Virus record (IMG/VR): IMGVR_UViG_3300042261_002390
Span: 1-64,000 of that record
Length of the DNA stretch: 64,000 bases
Direction: 5' to 3' (one strand)
Shown here: piece by piece, positions 26,231-35,544 of the stretch
How positions within the stretch are numbered: position 1 is the first letter of the stretch
How the letters are laid out: every line of letters starts with the position of its first letter
Translations under genes and position numbers: made by a program
The notes under the pieces: model-generated
Told to the model about the DNA's origin: nothing
Databases searched by the model: none
What the model saw: only the letters and a program-made list of their open reading frames with translations

Positions 26231-27688
26231 ATGGTTTCATATCAATATAAAATTAGAAAAGAAAAAGAATTGTCTGAAGTGCTTGATTTTGATATTAATC
26301 ATGTAAATCTACATAATACGACAATAAGAGAAATTAATAAAAAAACAGCAACAAAAATAATATTAGAGTATGAATATTTACATTCAATGCCTTTTGCTTG
26401 TAAATATTTTTTTGGGATATATTTTAATATTAATAATTGTGAATATTTGGGAGGTGTTTTAGTTTTTGGCAATGAATATTCTGAAAATACTGGTGCTTGG
26501 CAAAAATATGGATACGAAGATAAGATTCTGCTATTAAGTCGTGGGGTTTGTTTATGGTGGACACCAAAAAATACAGCATCATATTTTATTAGCAGGGTTT
26601 GTGATATACTAAAAAAAACCACCAACTATAAAATAATTACAGCTACTGTAGACCCTGCTGCTGGTGAGATTGGGACAATTTATCAATCATTAAATTGGTA
26701 TTATGTTGGCTTAATGAGTGGCAATTATCATGGTAATAAAATGGCAACTCGATTCGGAGTTATAATCAATGGTAAATTACGATTGTCACGGTGGATACGT
26801 AATAAAATAGGTAGTATGCGCCGTGAAGAAATTTTAAAGCATTATCCGGATGCTATATTTGTACCACAATACAGAAAACAAAGATATTTTTATTTCATCG
26901 GTAATAAAACAGAAAATAGAAAACTTATTAATAGTATTAAGCATCTATTATTACCATATCCCAAAAGAAATAATCAGATTTCAGGAATAATTTATTTAAT
27001 AAAAAATGAAATTAACAATAAAATATATGTAGGGCAAACAATTCGTTCATTACGTGATAGAATTCGTGAATATGAAAAAGGATTTGGCAATGTATATTTA
27101 AACAATGCATTTAAAAAATATGGTTGGAGTAATTTTAAATTTGAAGTAATTGATACTGCAGAGAATTTGGAAGAATTAAATGAAAAGGAAATCTCTTACA
27201 TTAAAAAATATAATTCAAACAATAAAGAATTTGGGTATAATATTGAATCCGGTGGAAAAAATGCAATTCCTGATACTGAGACGTTAGAGAAAATGTCTAA
27301 ATCACATTTAGGCATTGTTCAATCTGAAGAATGGATTAACAGAAGAATAGCTAAAGCAGGTACTGATGAAGCAAAAAAATACGGTAAAACAAAAACAGAG
27401 GATGAAAAAACACAATTAAGTATTAATTCTCCAAAATATTGGAAAGGTAAATCTCGTGATACTAAGACTAAAGAAAAAATCAGTAAAACAAAACTTGAGA
27501 ATGGATTGTCTGAAAAACAAAAAGAAGTATTATTAAAAAAAGTATATAAAGTAGATATTATCAACAATACTACAATAGAATATGAGTCAACATTATCTGC
27601 ATCAATAGCAGAAAACGTAAATCAATCTACAATATCAAGACGATGTTCGAAAAATAAAATAATAAAAAACATATTGTGGAAATATTAA
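26231..27688 (+). CDS. Mom-family DNA-modification (GNAT-like) domain fused to a GIY-YIG homing endonuclease
   Basis: N-half: EYLH...GVLVFG...LSR...KNTASYFI...VDPAAGEIGTIYQSLNWYYVG...KQRY...YPK (Mom pattern); C-half: GIIYLIKNEINNKIYVGQT, GYNIESGG, NUMOD3-like repeats, C-terminal HTH. Confidence 0.75.
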   Translation: MVSYQYKIRKEKELSEVLDFDINHVNLHNTTIREINKKTATKIILEYEYLHSMPFACKYFFGIYFNINNCEYLGGVLVFGNEYSENTGAWQKYGYEDKILLLSRGVCLWWTPKNTASYFISRVCDILKKTTNYKIITATVDPAAGEIGTIYQSLNWYYVGLMSGNYHGNKMATRFGVIINGKLRLSRWIRNKIGSMRREEILKHYPDAIFVPQYRKQRYFYFIGNKTENRKLINSIKHLLLPYPKRNNQISGIIYLIKNEINNKIYVGQTIRSLRDRIREYEKGFGNVYLNNAFKKYGWSNFKFEVIDTAENLEELNEKEISYIKKYNSNNKEFGYNIESGGKNAIPDTETLEKMSKSHLGIVQSEEWINRRIAKAGTDEAKKYGKTKTEDEKTQLSINSPKYWKGKSRDTKTKEKISKTKLENGLSEKQKEVLLKKVYKVDIINNTTIEYESTLSASIAENVNQSTISRRCSKNKIIKNILWKY

Positions 27689-27714
27689 AGGGTCGGTAAT
27701 TCCGACCCTTTTTT
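27687..27714. terminator. Bidirectional intrinsic terminator
   Basis: AAAGGGTCGG-TAATT-CCGACCCTTTTTT between convergent genes. Confidence 0.85.
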
Positions 27715-27997
27715 ATTCTTCTAATTCAACCTTCTGAATATAATTAAAACCTTCAGATAAATTATCATACACTTCTCGCCTGATTTTTAATTTATCGTGT
27801 ATCGTAGATATTGTCGTTCTTATTACATTTAAATCAATGTCAGATGTAGTAACACTAATCTCTTCAGTAGAAAAATCAATCCAGCCATGTGATTTAGTTC
27901 TATATTTACCAGTAAACACCAAACTATCTTTCAATGGATGATACACAACTTCAATTTTTTCACGCTCATTTTTTTCAACAACAATTGTCCATTTCAT
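27713..27997 (-). CDS. Hypothetical protein
   Basis: 94-aa ORF with AGGAGA upstream on the minus strand. Confidence 0.55.
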   Translation of the reverse strand: MKWTIVVEKNEREKIEVVYHPLKDSLVFTGKYRTKSHGWIDFSTEEISVTTSDIDLNVIRTTISTIHDKLKIRREVYDNLSEGFNYIQKVELEE

Positions 27998-28020
27998 ATT
28001 AATTTTCTCCTATTTTTAAT

Positions 28021-29496
28021 TTATTCATCCTTCCAATTATTATCGTAAATTAATTCTAAACGTGCTCTTGTGATAGCTACATATTCGAGATTTTTTTCTT
28101 GAATATACTGCCAACTTCTTGTATTTGGCAATGGCAATAAATCCGGTCTAACAATAAAGACACGATTAGCTTCCAATCCCTTAACCTTATGAACAGTTGC
28201 TAAACAAATGCCCTCAATTTTATCACTAAAAATCGCTTTAATTTTAATTTTTAGGTCTTCAACACTAGTAGCAAATTGTGCTAAAAACAACAAAGTAGTT
28301 ACCTTATCTTCCAATGCGGAATATCCACTATGTTCCACCGGGTTTAAGATACCTGTTGATTTTAAATCTTTCTTAAACCTAGATAATTCATCTTCCCAAA
28401 ATGTTTTTAATTTTTCAAGACTATTGATTTTACCAATCAATTCAATTAAATGTATACCTATATCGCTACCTTTAATAATTGCCTTTTTGTGTTGTGTTAA
28501 AAACTCAAAAAATAATTTAACTAAAGGCATTGTTGTTCTACAAAGTACAAAATCACCACCCTGTGCTTCGGTCAAGACGTTTCCTTCACGAACTATGCCA
28601 TCAGGAGCGTCATCAAGTGCCTTAATATCGGGAACAATTTCTTGTGCCTTTTTTATTACGTTTTTTGAACACCTAAATGAGGTTGATAATGGTAATATTT
28701 TAGTATTTGGGAATTTCTCAAACCATTCAAAAGATTTTTCATCAGCAGCATTAAAACCATAAATTCCTTGAAATGAATCTCCAACTGCAATTAACCTACC
28801 AATAGTTTTACCACTTGTTTTATCTTTTTTCAACAATTTTTCAATAATCTTAATTTGACAACGATTTAAGTCCTGAACTTCATCAACAAAAACATAATCT
28901 TGTGGAAACATCCAAATACTGTTATCGACTGCAGGTAAAAAAATCATATCAGTGAAATCATACAAATTTCTATCATTTGTTGCTTCATCTAATACTTTAA
29001 GTACTCGCTTAAAATCGTTTGGTTTTCTTAAGTTTACTTCATAGCGGTCAGCAATATATGGAACATATTCAGGCTTTAATGTTAATGTTAAACGGCATAA
29101 ATTAACTACTTTCTTTATTGAATTTAAGTAAATTGATATTTCTTCATCACTATCAAATTCCTCGTCTAATTTCCAAGATTTTGCCTTCTTTTGAATGATT
29201 TTATCAATTTTAAACTCATCAAAAACTATCTTATCACCATATTTACGTTTAATTGCTGAATTGCCTAACCCATATGTCGTATAACACCTAACGTGTTCCG
29301 GGAGTTTTGTTGATAATTCTTCTTGAATATGCTTGTTGAAAGCTAAAAACATTATTGATTTGTCTTTAGGTAATAATTTTACTGCTTCAACAATAGTAAA
29401 TGTCTTTCCACAACCCGCAAAAGCCTTAATTAATATGTTCTCGGGTCTTTTTTTCGTGAATAATAGTATTCTTTCTTGTTCTGATGTTAGTTTCAT
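28021..29496 (-). CDS. UvrD/Rep-family SF1 helicase
   Basis: AFAGCGKT, FVDEVQD, AVGDSFQGIYGF, SFRCS, TVHKVKGLE, YVAITRAR; start MKLT overlaps the upstream TGA (ATGA). Confidence 0.92.
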   Translation of the reverse strand: MKLTSEQERILLFTKKRPENILIKAFAGCGKTFTIVEAVKLLPKDKSIMFLAFNKHIQEELSTKLPEHVRCYTTYGLGNSAIKRKYGDKIVFDEFKIDKIIQKKAKSWKLDEEFDSDEEISIYLNSIKKVVNLCRLTLTLKPEYVPYIADRYEVNLRKPNDFKRVLKVLDEATNDRNLYDFTDMIFLPAVDNSIWMFPQDYVFVDEVQDLNRCQIKIIEKLLKKDKTSGKTIGRLIAVGDSFQGIYGFNAADEKSFEWFEKFPNTKILPLSTSFRCSKNVIKKAQEIVPDIKALDDAPDGIVREGNVLTEAQGGDFVLCRTTMPLVKLFFEFLTQHKKAIIKGSDIGIHLIELIGKINSLEKLKTFWEDELSRFKKDLKSTGILNPVEHSGYSALEDKVTTLLFLAQFATSVEDLKIKIKAIFSDKIEGICLATVHKVKGLEANRVFIVRPDLLPLPNTRSWQYIQEKNLEYVAITRARLELIYDNNWKDE

Positions 29497-29963
29497 TTCA
29501 CAATAGTCCAATTATCATTAGTAATTCCGTCTTTTAACTCAAACAACTGTAATCCAGTTAATTCAGATAATACAAATACTTTTAGACCTTCTTGTCTTTG
29601 ATAAATTTTATCACCATAAACGATAAATTCGGGTAACGCATCTCGTTCTTCAATAGTATCAACACATATATGGTATCGTTTATCCATCATCATATCCATA
29701 TCACCAGCAGCTTTCATATTATTAAATAAAATTTCAGCCATTTCATCGCTCACCTGTCCTAATAATGATACTGAATTTTCAATAATTTCTGCAGCATTTG
29801 AGTCTAGTTGAGCTTTTCTTCGAAAATAAGTGCCTTCCAATAAATATCTAGCAAGTTCAAACACAAAGAATTTATCCTCCGGTTTATTGTCATAATCATC
29901 AGATAATGAGACGTATGGTCTACCTGATTCATTTAATTTTATTTCATATTCAATTTTATGCAT
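29493..29963 (-). CDS. Hypothetical protein
   Basis: 156-aa ORF, first gene of the helicase operon. Confidence 0.6.
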   Translation of the reverse strand: MHKIEYEIKLNESGRPYVSLSDDYDNKPEDKFFVFELARYLLEGTYFRRKAQLDSNAAEIIENSVSLLGQVSDEMAEILFNNMKAAGDMDMMMDKRYHICVDTIEERDALPEFIVYGDKIYQRQEGLKVFVLSELTGLQLFELKDGITNDNWTIVK

Positions 29964-29997
29964 AATAGTACGATTATAAAGTATTTATACTAAAATG

Positions 29998-30028
29998 CAA
30001 ATATAGTATATTATGGGATTAATTACAA
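29998..30028 (-). promoter_or_regulatory. Bacteroidota-type promoter (TTG-N20-TATATTTG)
   Basis: Plus-strand CAAATATA 29998-30005 and CAA 30026-28. Confidence 0.6.
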
Positions 30029-31131
30029 CGGTTGATAAAAATAAATTATACCTACATGTTAAACACGAACTTGGTTTTCCTCTCAGACCATTTGAAATTA
30101 AAGATGAGATGATGGATTCATATCTCGAAATGGTTGTTGAAGATTATTCATCAATTGTAAATAATTGGTTGATTGAACAGCAATGGATTAGTTTAGAAGG
30201 TATGAGTAAAGAAAATGGCGATTTTCTTTCAGCATTTTCGAATAAATCGAATCACTATATGGAATCATTTACCTACGCATATTCAAAACAAGTAGGTTTA
30301 GGTACTAATGCACCAGCAGCACCGGGATGGGAATTAAAACGTGATTTCATTGTTACTGAAGCTAATACACAACATTATATGATACCTGCAGGTAGGGAAG
30401 TTAATGAAGTATTATGGGAAACTCCACCTGAAATAGACCAAGGTTTGGTTGACCCATTTGCATTAAATGCTTGGTCGCCGGGTATGGTTGGATGGTCATA
30501 TCTTGGTCGTCCTGCGATGTATGTGCAACCAACATTTTCAACACTTTTAGCTGCACAAGATAGAAGGATGAAACAAAGAGTTTTACAATCAACATTAACT
30601 TATCGCATCACAGGTTTGGCAAATGGAGAAAAAATATTACATTTGTACCCGATTCCCGGAGACCGACATGAAATTTCAGGTGCTTGGGGTAAACATTATG
30701 CCGGAAGAAAGGTATGGTATTGGTATTATGAAACCAATCCACAAACAAGGGATAAGTGTTTAGAGGAAAATGATGATACTGTAAAATTACCATCAGACCC
30801 TCCAACCAAAGTGCTGCAATGGGGTAATTTAAATGATGTTGCTCATCAACAAATTCGTAATTTACTTATTGCTAAAGTAAAAATGGTTATCGGTGGAATT
30901 CGTGGCTTTTATAGCGGTGAATTAGGTGTTGCCGAAAAGCAATTGACAATGGATTATCGTCATTTGCTTGATGAAGGAACTAAATTGAAAGATGATACAG
31001 AAAAGTTAATTCTTGAGCAATTAGGTAGAATTAGTCAAGCAACCTTAACCGAAACACGTGCTAAAATAGCTGAAAATGTTAACAAGGAACGTGGCTATCA
31101 ACCGCCAATGTTTCCTATTATCGCTATTTAA
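30013..31131 (+). CDS. Neck/head-completion protein (T4 gp13-like)
   Basis: KHELGFP...EIKDEMMD N-terminus, LHLYPIP, AKVKMVIGGIRG...GEL; late motif; precedes gp14-like gene. Confidence 0.7.
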   Translation: MGLITTVDKNKLYLHVKHELGFPLRPFEIKDEMMDSYLEMVVEDYSSIVNNWLIEQQWISLEGMSKENGDFLSAFSNKSNHYMESFTYAYSKQVGLGTNAPAAPGWELKRDFIVTEANTQHYMIPAGREVNEVLWETPPEIDQGLVDPFALNAWSPGMVGWSYLGRPAMYVQPTFSTLLAAQDRRMKQRVLQSTLTYRITGLANGEKILHLYPIPGDRHEISGAWGKHYAGRKVWYWYYETNPQTRDKCLEENDDTVKLPSDPPTKVLQWGNLNDVAHQQIRNLLIAKVKMVIGGIRGFYSGELGVAEKQLTMDYRHLLDEGTKLKDDTEKLILEQLGRISQATLTETRAKIAENVNKERGYQPPMFPIIAI

Positions 31132-31132
31132 A

Positions 31133-31636
31133 ATGGAAAATTTGTTGAAATTAATGTCAAAAAAACCAAAACTAATATTATTAGTTGGTATTTCAGGAAG
31201 TGGTAAATCTACTTGGGTTAGATTACATGCCGACCCAAACGCTATTGTAGTATCCTACGATATGCTTAGATTTGAAATTAATGGTAATGTTGATGACCAT
31301 CCTAATTCATCTAAGATTCACTTAATTGCATTAAGCAGAATTGTTAAAGGATTATGCGATGGTAAGGACGTTATACTTGATGCAACTAACGTATATTCTA
31401 AAGGACGTAGAGAACTATTAGCTGAAATCCGTGAAATGGCTGATGTTGATTTCGTAGCATGTGCAAAAATTTTTCCAGCTAACCCTGAGTTAAGTAAATT
31501 AAGAATCGAAAACGACATTAAAGCAGGATTAAACCGTTCTAATGTTCCTGTTGAAGCAATTAACAGGCAATATCAAATGTTTTGTGAAAACACACATAAA
31601 TTAGAGCGTGACGGATATAAAATTATTGTAGTATGA
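31133..31636 (+). CDS. P-loop kinase (AAA_33 / polynucleotide-kinase-like)
   Basis: LVGISGSGKSTW Walker A, VILDATN, R-lid motif RIENDIK; likely start MENLL at 31133. Confidence 0.8.
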   Translation: MENLLKLMSKKPKLILLVGISGSGKSTWVRLHADPNAIVVSYDMLRFEINGNVDDHPNSSKIHLIALSRIVKGLCDGKDVILDATNVYSKGRRELLAEIREMADVDFVACAKIFPANPELSKLRIENDIKAGLNRSNVPVEAINRQYQMFCENTHKLERDGYKIIVV

Positions 31637-32184
31637 AAAAGAAAAAACAAATAATTGACTTAGAACAAGATAGATATGGATTATTTATGTCAGACAATTC
31701 GTTTGATTTAGATGTGATGTATGGTAGAAACTTCCTGCAAACGGATAATGCGCAGGAAGTTATTATACATAAAATTAATGTGATTGAGACTAAAACCCAT
31801 GCATTATATGGTCAAGCAAAAACTAAGGATAAAAAATTTATGCCACCTGTGCGTATAAATGTGATGGTAGGTGTTACCGAAGCCAAACAAAACTATTATG
31901 GTGATAATCCGGGGGGAATTACTCGTGATGATACAGGTACAATTACATTTGGTGTTTATTTAAAAGAACTTGAAGAAAAGCAATTGGAAATTGACCGTGG
32001 TGATATTGTCGAATATAATATGAGTGGTGAGAAAAGTAGATTCTATGAAGTAGAAAATGCTAACAACGTAACTGACGAAACACTTAAAACTATTGGTGGA
32101 TTTAAACCATACTGGAAAAAAATTACTGGTACTCCTGTGAAAGAAGACGTTGTGCCATTTTTGCATGAAACAAAAGGAAACTAA
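31633..32184 (+). CDS. Neck/head-closure protein (T4 gp14-like)
   Basis: ALYGQ...KFMPPVRI, ITFGVYLKELEE, IDRGDIV, FYEVEN pattern; position after gp13-like gene. Confidence 0.65.
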   Translation: MKKKKQIIDLEQDRYGLFMSDNSFDLDVMYGRNFLQTDNAQEVIIHKINVIETKTHALYGQAKTKDKKFMPPVRINVMVGVTEAKQNYYGDNPGGITRDDTGTITFGVYLKELEEKQLEIDRGDIVEYNMSGEKSRFYEVENANNVTDETLKTIGGFKPYWKKITGTPVKEDVVPFLHETKGN

Positions 32185-32211
32185 TTAGTATTTATATTAA
32201 AACTTTATAAA

Positions 32212-32625
32212 ATGGCAAATAATAATAAAAAACAACGATTGTTTGAGGTAATGGGTAAAGTAGATAGCTCATTTAAACCAAAATTAAATGAAGAAATGAC
32301 ACAGCCTGTTGATGAAATGTCTAAATGGGGTGTAACCCGTGCGAATCCAAAATATTCTCACTTTGCAGTTTTAAAAGGCGTTGACCCAGCAGTTGATGGT
32401 AAAATTGTTAATGGTTGGGAATATGGTGGTTATGACCCGGCAGAATTACGTCAATTTAAGAAAGATTATTTCTTCCAAGATATAAAAGATAATCAAATCA
32501 ATCCAAAATTAGTAAATATTGTAACCGCAAAACATTTACAAAAACAAGGAATTGACCCTTACGATTTTAAAAATTGGTATAAAAATGATAGGGACGGCTT
32601 TGTAGACCAAATATTCACAATGTAA
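32212..32625 (+). CDS. Putative head internal protein with shared leader
   Basis: KQRLFEVMGKVDSSFKPKLNEE nearly identical to the leader of the 5177 ORF; own late motif and terminator. Confidence 0.65.
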   Translation: MANNNKKQRLFEVMGKVDSSFKPKLNEEMTQPVDEMSKWGVTRANPKYSHFAVLKGVDPAVDGKIVNGWEYGGYDPAELRQFKKDYFFQDIKDNQINPKLVNIVTAKHLQKQGIDPYDFKNWYKNDRDGFVDQIFTM

Positions 32626-32660
32626 AAAAAAAAAGGAGTAGCTTAACTACTCCTTTTTTT
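32626..32660. terminator. Bidirectional intrinsic terminator
   Basis: A-run GGAGTAG-CTTAA-CTACTCC T-run. Confidence 0.85.
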
Positions 32661-32970
32661 ATTCAGTTTCAGATGTAACATCATCAACAGGTTCTGCATT
32701 ATCATCAAATAATGCATCGTCTACCCATATAGGTGTTTTTTCACCCACATATGCGCCAGCAACATTAAAATCGAAATATTCAATAGCTTCCTCATATGTC
32801 ATACCATCTCTTTCCATGAGAATTTTTAAACACTTGCTTATAGAATATACAATAACATATACCCCACTCGGCTTAAGTTCACTAACACCAATAATAGCAT
32901 CATCAAATCCATCAGCAGAAATAAATTCCTCATCGATAAATATATCGGTCAATAATTCAAGTTTATTCAT
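32659..32970 (-). CDS. Conserved-type phage hypothetical protein
   Basis: ADGFDDAIIG...YEEAIEYFDFNVAGAYVGEKTP pattern. Confidence 0.6.
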   Translation of the reverse strand: MNKLELLTDIFIDEEFISADGFDDAIIGVSELKPSGVYVIVYSISKCLKILMERDGMTYEEAIEYFDFNVAGAYVGEKTPIWVDDALFDDNAEPVDDVTSETE

Positions 32971-33200
32971 TTTATCTTTTTTTTAATTTTTTCAAGTTCA
33001 TCAACTAATTTTTTATGTTGTTCTTTTGATTGAATACCTAAATCATCGCCATATTGTTCAAATATATCAATAACGAAATAAACATATTCCTTTTCCTTAT
33101 CTGACAAGTATATGGTTTTTTTTAATAAAGCATATATTGATGCAGCTAAGAATAATATGACAATTGTTAATAATCCAATAGAAACATATAAAAATGGCAT
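32967..33200 (-). CDS. Small membrane-anchored protein
   Basis: N-terminal hydrophobic helix LYVSIGLLTIVILFLAASIYALL. Confidence 0.55.
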   Translation of the reverse strand: MPFLYVSIGLLTIVILFLAASIYALLKKTIYLSDKEKEYVYFVIDIFEQYGDDLGIQSKEQHKKLVDELEKIKKKIK

Positions 33201-33475
33201 TAATGTGATAATTTTTTCTCTCTAACTAAAGCAATATGTGCTTCGCCAATTATTTTTATCCAAGGAACGGGCTTATTATTTTCACGATAATCTTTTAAAT
33301 ATTCGTTCATTTTATCAAAAAAACGTTCTTCTTGTGATTTACCGTTATAATGTAAACCTCTTTCTTTCCATGTATCACCATAACGTTTTTCGTCTTCTAT
33401 TAACTGTTTTTCAACATCAATAAATGTGAAATCAAGTTCATTGATAAGGCTAACGTCTTTTAATCTATCATTCAT
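33200..33475 (-). CDS. Hypothetical protein
   Basis: 91-aa ORF coupled to thyA. Confidence 0.55.
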   Translation of the reverse strand: MNDRLKDVSLINELDFTFIDVEKQLIEDEKRYGDTWKERGLHYNGKSQEERFFDKMNEYLKDYRENNKPVPWIKIIGEAHIALVREKKLSH

Positions 33476-33477
33476 AA

Positions 33478-34596
33478 TTAGGTTAATAAAGGTGCTTTAA
33501 TATATGACTGAGGATAGTAATTAATCAATTCAATATCATTAGCATTAACATCATCAATTGAAGTTAATTTACGTTTGATATTTAATTTGGCTTTACAAAA
33601 AGTTATATCATTTTCATTCAATAAATTTACATTTTTTCCAATATAATTATCTTCGAGAAGTTTATAATATCTTCTAAGATATTCCTGAGCAGCCTCAAAA
33701 TGTACGTCATATAAATGACAATCAATTGCAGTACACACAACTTCTTTAGGAATCATGTTAACAATATTAGCAATAATATGCACTAATAAAGCATATGATG
33801 CCATATTATATGGCTGACCCAAGAAGAAATCATTCGAGCGAATATTAAACCATAAGTTCAAATAAAATTTAGGTATGCCGTATCTATCCAATTTTTCTTC
33901 AGTATCGAGTTCTTGAGTATCAATCGGAAATCTTTCTTTTTTAATTGCTAATCTTTCTTCAAAACTTAACGGCACGGTATGAAATTGAAACATATTATGG
34001 CAACTCGGTAAGCCAACGATACCATTTTCAATATCAGTAGGGTTATGTGCCACAACAATCATTCTCCGGTCATCAGGGTTTTTTAACAAGGTATTGATAC
34101 AATTTTGTAATTGGTCTGTTTGACCATTAAATTCACGCCATTGCTTACCATATACTCGACCTAATTCTCCCCAACGATTCTTTTCTTTTTTAGCTAATTC
34201 AATAAACGTTTCCTTATCAAGAGGTTTAAATTTATCGTTGGGTTTTTTTCCATCAACATCAGCACCATCACCATAGATTTTAATATATTCTGCCTTCATG
34301 CTTTCTTGCTTTTCTTTATAATAGCGATAAGCATCGTCAGTCCAAATATTACAACCGTTCTCAATGAGGTATTTAATGTGAGTATCGCCAGCAATAAACC
34401 ACAATAATTCATGCATAATATTGCTGAATTGAATTTTCTTAATATCCATTAAAGGAAATTCTTCCTGTAAATCAACACGCATTATTTCAACAAAACGACC
34501 ATGTATATCACCGATGCGTGACGGTCTTTTTTTCAATGGATTCTCAATTAATTCATTAAGAATCCTAGCATACTGAGATTGATACGATACTGCCAT
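33478..34596 (-). CDS. thyA: Thymidylate synthase
   Basis: ELLWF, LGRVYGKQWR, RRMIV, LPSCH (catalytic Cys), RSNDFFLGQPYN (dUMP-specifying Asn), DCHLY. Confidence 0.95.
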   Translation of the reverse strand: MAVSYQSQYARILNELIENPLKKRPSRIGDIHGRFVEIMRVDLQEEFPLMDIKKIQFSNIMHELLWFIAGDTHIKYLIENGCNIWTDDAYRYYKEKQESMKAEYIKIYGDGADVDGKKPNDKFKPLDKETFIELAKKEKNRWGELGRVYGKQWREFNGQTDQLQNCINTLLKNPDDRRMIVVAHNPTDIENGIVGLPSCHNMFQFHTVPLSFEERLAIKKERFPIDTQELDTEEKLDRYGIPKFYLNLWFNIRSNDFFLGQPYNMASYALLVHIIANIVNMIPKEVVCTAIDCHLYDVHFEAAQEYLRRYYKLLEDNYIGKNVNLLNENDITFCKAKLNIKRKLTSIDDVNANDIELINYYPQSYIKAPLLT

Positions 34597-34796
34597 TATA
34601 CTGCAATTCTATTTAATCGGTTATTTAATGTTTCAATTTCCCGGTTTATTCGAGAAATATCAGTAGTGGTTAACGGTATTTGTGTTACCGTTGTTTTACC
34701 ATTAACCTTTTCAGGCTTAGTGCCTTTTTTCAACTGTGCTTCTAATAATTTCTTAGCACTTTCTCTTCTCATCTTGATTCCAGTTCTACCCTTCAT
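34596..34796 (-). CDS. Small basic hypothetical protein
   Basis: 66-aa ORF, translationally coupled. Confidence 0.5.
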   Translation of the reverse strand: MKGRTGIKMRRESAKKLLEAQLKKGTKPEKVNGKTTVTQIPLTTTDISRINREIETLNNRLNRIAV

Positions 34797-34822
34797 AATC
34801 TTGATATATTTATATGTTATAA

Positions 34823-35260
34823 TTATTTTCCAGAATGTCCAAAACCGCCAGCACCTCTAAGTGTTTCCGATAGTTCGTCAACTTCAATCATCTCTGCCGA
34901 TGGTAAATATAAAAATACCATTTGACCAATCCTATCGCCCACACTAAAGATTTCTTTTTTCTGAGTTACAGAATATTCTTTAGTGTCATTAAAGATAAAC
35001 ATAACCTCGCCACGATATGTAGCGTCAATTACACCTACACCATTTTTCAGCATTAAATCCTTGTTCACAACAGAACTTCTAGGAAATGCTAAACCCACCA
35101 TACCTGTAGGTATTTCAACAGCAATTCCTGTGTGGTAAATTATTTTTCCCGGCAATCTTTCAATTGACGTACAATAGAAATCAAACCCAGCATCTTCATT
35201 ATATTTTCGAAAAGGCGTTTGTGCTTCGGGTATTAACTTTTTAAATTTGATTGTTTCCAT
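34823..35260 (-). CDS. dut: Trimeric dUTPase
   Basis: DAGFDF, PRSS, GVIDATYRGEV, GDRIGQM, RGAGGFGHSG (five dUTPase motifs). Confidence 0.97.
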   Translation of the reverse strand: METIKFKKLIPEAQTPFRKYNEDAGFDFYCTSIERLPGKIIYHTGIAVEIPTGMVGLAFPRSSVVNKDLMLKNGVGVIDATYRGEVMFIFNDTKEYSVTQKKEIFSVGDRIGQMVFLYLPSAEMIEVDELSETLRGAGGFGHSGK

Positions 35261-35544
35261 ATCTTTTTTAGGTTTTCTAATTCGTTCTCTAATTTATTTA
35301 ACATTGCATCTTCATCATCAATCATCAAAGAATCATCATATTCTTTTTTCATTTTTTCATATTGTGCATTAACTTCATCTATTTTTGATAAGGCAAATCT
35401 AGCTTGAAATCCACCATCGATAGTCATTTCTTCAACACTTGCTTTAGCATAAAAATTTAATGCAGATTTAAGTACTTCAACAAGGTTCTGATAATCTTCG
35501 ATATTATTCATCGTCATCAATGTCCTTCTTATTTTCTTCAACAA
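35233..35544 (-). CDS. Hypothetical protein
   Basis: ORF between KTSC gene and dut; true start probably MNNIED. Confidence 0.5.
   Translation of the reverse strand: MLKKIRRTLMTMNNIEDYQNLVEVLKSALNFYAKASVEEMTIDGGFQARFALSKIDEVNAQYEKMKKEYDDSLMIDDEDAMLNKLENELENLKKIWKQSNLKS

Noticed and set aside
10863-29496. Inteins or group I introns in terL, MCP or helicase
   Set aside because: No C/S...HN intein termini, no LAGLIDADG blocks, and the ORFs are uninterrupted with normal motif spacing
33478-34596. dCMP hydroxymethylase instead of ThyA (RSND motif)
   Set aside because: PYN carries the dUMP-specifying Asn rather than Asp, and the gene is next to dUTPase
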